Program-made: the position numbers and the translations under genes
Shown: piece by piece, positions 25,382-27,137 of the stretch
Layout: each line of letters starts with the position of its first letter
How positions within the stretch are numbered: the stretch's first letter is position 1
The notes under the pieces: model-generated
Seen by the model: the letters and a program-made list of their open reading frames with translations, nothing else
What the model was told of the DNA's origin: nothing
Database searches by the model: none
Source: Candidatus Methylomirabilales bacterium
GTDB taxonomy: Bacteria; Methylomirabilota; Methylomirabilia; Methylomirabilales; CSP1-5
Assembly (NCBI GenBank): GCA_046758505.1
Contig: JBHIAH010000030.1
Location: 1 to 27,137, forward strand
Length of the DNA: 27,137 nt
Reading direction: 5' to 3'

Positions 25382-26806
25382 TCACCACCATCGGACCGGC
25401 ACCACTCCCCGAGCCGGCTTGAGCGAGTTCTCCCTCCCGGGAGTCGCTGAAGAGGCCTCGAGCTGCGGGATCATCATGACCATCCCGGCCAGGAACCAGA
25501 AAGGCTCCATGATCCGGACAATAATAAAGGTGTTGGTGCCGAAGGAGTGAACGACCAAGGCGATGAAACCGGCCAGAAAGCCCACGGCCACCCCCTTGAA
25601 CAATGGATCCTGCGTCGCCCTGAGGACGTCACGGGCTCGGCGAAAGAGGCTGATTTGAAGCCACAGAAAGGCAAGGAGCCCGACGGCCCCGGTTTCCACG
25701 AGCACTCGCAAGTACTGCGAGTCGATAAACTCAAAACCCGTCACCCCGTAGCCAAAGACGGGACGCTTGGGCCAGCCGGTAAAGACGACCTCCCGCCACG
25801 ATCGAAGGCGCGCCGAGGTGGACGTGTCAAGGCGAACCCCCCCAACCTCGGTCTGGCCCGGCTGAAACGGCTGCGTGAATGTATAGAGGACGCGGTCAAC
25901 GGCCGCTTTGGGTAGAAGAAACGGAGCTAGAACCAGGCCGACAGCGAGGACAGATGCGAGGACCAGCTTGCGTTCGCCGAAGGCCAAGAGCGCGCCAACC
26001 ATAGGGATCATGGCCAGGTAGGACGCCCGGGAGAGGGTGAAGAGAAGCGGGACGACCATCAGGACCACAAGGAGAGAGAGAGCGAGGTTCCGCTCGCGGA
26101 ATCCGCGGCTCAAGTAGACCCCTGTCGCGATCGCCAGCATCAGCACCAGGTATCCGCCAAAGGTGTTCGGCTCCCCCCCACTCCCCTCGAAGGGGGCAGA
26201 GACGCGCGCGCCGGAAGGGATCTGGAGGATGCCGATGAGACTTGCGATGGCGGCCGTGACGAGGAGGGCCACAAGAAACTGCCGAAACTGCCGCCGCTCC
26301 CGCAGGTTGTTCACCACCATAAAGTAGATCACGAAGTATTGGAGCGCTTTCAAGACGAACAGGCTCCCCCCGAGGACCTTCACATCTCCGACGATCATGC
26401 CGAGACCGGTGGCCAGGACGGCAGCAAAGCTGTACGCAGCGATCGGCCGATTCAGGGGGGTCCTCAAAAAAAGGCCGAGCTCCTTGTGGAGGGCTGCCTT
26501 GGCCAACCAGGCAAAGCCGATGATCACAATCAACACGTCGTCGATGCGGAAGGTCAGGCCCCGTCCCAACGTGGTTCCCTTCCCCAATTCGCCCACGATG
26601 AACTCAGGACCTAGGAGCATGGAGAAGATCAAGAGATACAAGGCGAATTCGTCGCTGGCAATCGTGATAATGAGAACGGCGAGGCCGAGGCCGACCCCCA
26701 ACGCCAGGGGGACGGTCATCCGGACCAAAAGCAGGCCCATTCCAACAGCGGCAAGGGCCGCGAAGAGGAGCGAAATCTCCGTTGCCTTGTCAACCCGTAA
26801 ATTCAT
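25382..26806 (-). CDS. O-antigen ligase/Wzy polymerase family membrane protein
   Basis: 474 aa, multi-TM, with EPNTFGGYL, TLSRASYLA, PVFGYG and DSQYLRVLVETGAVG. It is adjacent to wzx and a Wzc-like tail, so a polymerase role is plausible. Confidence 0.85.
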   Translation of the reverse strand: MNLRVDKATEISLLFAALAAVGMGLLLVRMTVPLALGVGLGLAVLIITIASDEFALYLLIFSMLLGPEFIVGELGKGTTLGRGLTFRIDDVLIVIIGFAWLAKAALHKELGLFLRTPLNRPIAAYSFAAVLATGLGMIVGDVKVLGGSLFVLKALQYFVIYFMVVNNLRERRQFRQFLVALLVTAAIASLIGILQIPSGARVSAPFEGSGGEPNTFGGYLVLMLAIATGVYLSRGFRERNLALSLLVVLMVVPLLFTLSRASYLAMIPMVGALLAFGERKLVLASVLAVGLVLAPFLLPKAAVDRVLYTFTQPFQPGQTEVGGVRLDTSTSARLRSWREVVFTGWPKRPVFGYGVTGFEFIDSQYLRVLVETGAVGLLAFLWLQISLFRRARDVLRATQDPLFKGVAVGFLAGFIALVVHSFGTNTFIIVRIMEPFWFLAGMVMMIPQLEASSATPGRENSLKPARGVVPVRWW

Positions 26807-26979
26807 GTCAGGGCCCCGAGGCCTCCTCGAGGAATCCGACGGTCCTTGAGCTCACGCAGTCCCACAGGTTCCCCCATCGGCGGATTCCACGGTGCCAGCC
26901 AAAGTCTGCACGGATCGGGTCGACCGAACGGCTCGTAGGAAGGGGAGCGTGAAGGGTCCAGCGCGCCGCATCGCGACAC

Positions 26980-27137
26980 CTACCGCCGGCGCTGAGGGAC
27001 GAGGAGCTTCAGTGTCCTCTTGAGCCTACCCCCCAGAAAGCCAAATGCCCCAGGGGACGGAACGGGCGTCGGTTTCCGGGGGCCGTACCGGTACCGATAG
27101 TAGGCCATCTCCGCGTAATCGGGGCTCACCTCGGCCC
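26980..27137 (-). CDS. 3' end of a probable Wzc-like polysaccharide co-polymerase/tyrosine autokinase (partial, runs off window)
   Basis: The open frame reads AEVSPDYAEMAYYRYRYGPRKPTPVPSPGAFGFLGGRLKRTLKLLVPQRRR* (TAG at 26980-26982). It has a Tyr cluster and lies directly upstream of the polysaccharide genes. It is absent from the ORF track because it has no start in the window. Confidence 0.55.
   Translation of the reverse strand, partial: AEVSPDYAEMAYYRYRYGPRKPTPVPSPGAFGFLGGRLKRTLKLLVPQRRR

Noticed and set aside
26980..26987. GGCGGTAG (ops-like core) on the minus strand inside the polysaccharide cluster
   Set aside because: It coincides with Arg-Arg-stop codons and lacks the rest of a JUMPstart sequence. 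The same 8-mer occurs incidentally near 10705.

Overview
GC-rich bacterial chromosomal segment (about 60-68% GC by eye, with lower-GC patches). Almost all genes lie on the minus strand. I found no rRNA, tRNA, CRISPR array or transposase. Left part (1-14.5 kb): YihY/BrkB membrane protein, a ~300-bp CTAG-bounded MITE-like element full of hairpins, a small holin-like membrane protein, an uncharacterised secreted protein, a DUF4197 protein, a translationally coupled zincin-like metallopeptidase + Ddl-like ATP-grasp ligase pair, a Pro-rich SPOR protein, a CBS protein, msrB, a TM0106-type RecB/DEDD nuclease, a small secreted protein, a di-haem MauG/MbnH-like lipoprotein and a HugZ-like PNPOx/DUF2470 protein. 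Right part (14.8-27.1 kb): the distal end of a Wzx/Wzy-type surface-polysaccharide cluster. It holds a Wzc-like Tyr-rich tail, an O-antigen ligase/polymerase-family protein, a flippase, three GT4, two GT2, three SAM methyltransferases and a decayed gmd. The cluster is visibly mosaic: a GT2 3' remnant and a GC step inside one GT4. The best candidates for undescribed biology are the Tyr-ligand di-haem lipoprotein with its small secreted partner, the peptidase/ATP-grasp pair and the composite MITE. All family calls come from motif recognition by eye; no database searches were run.
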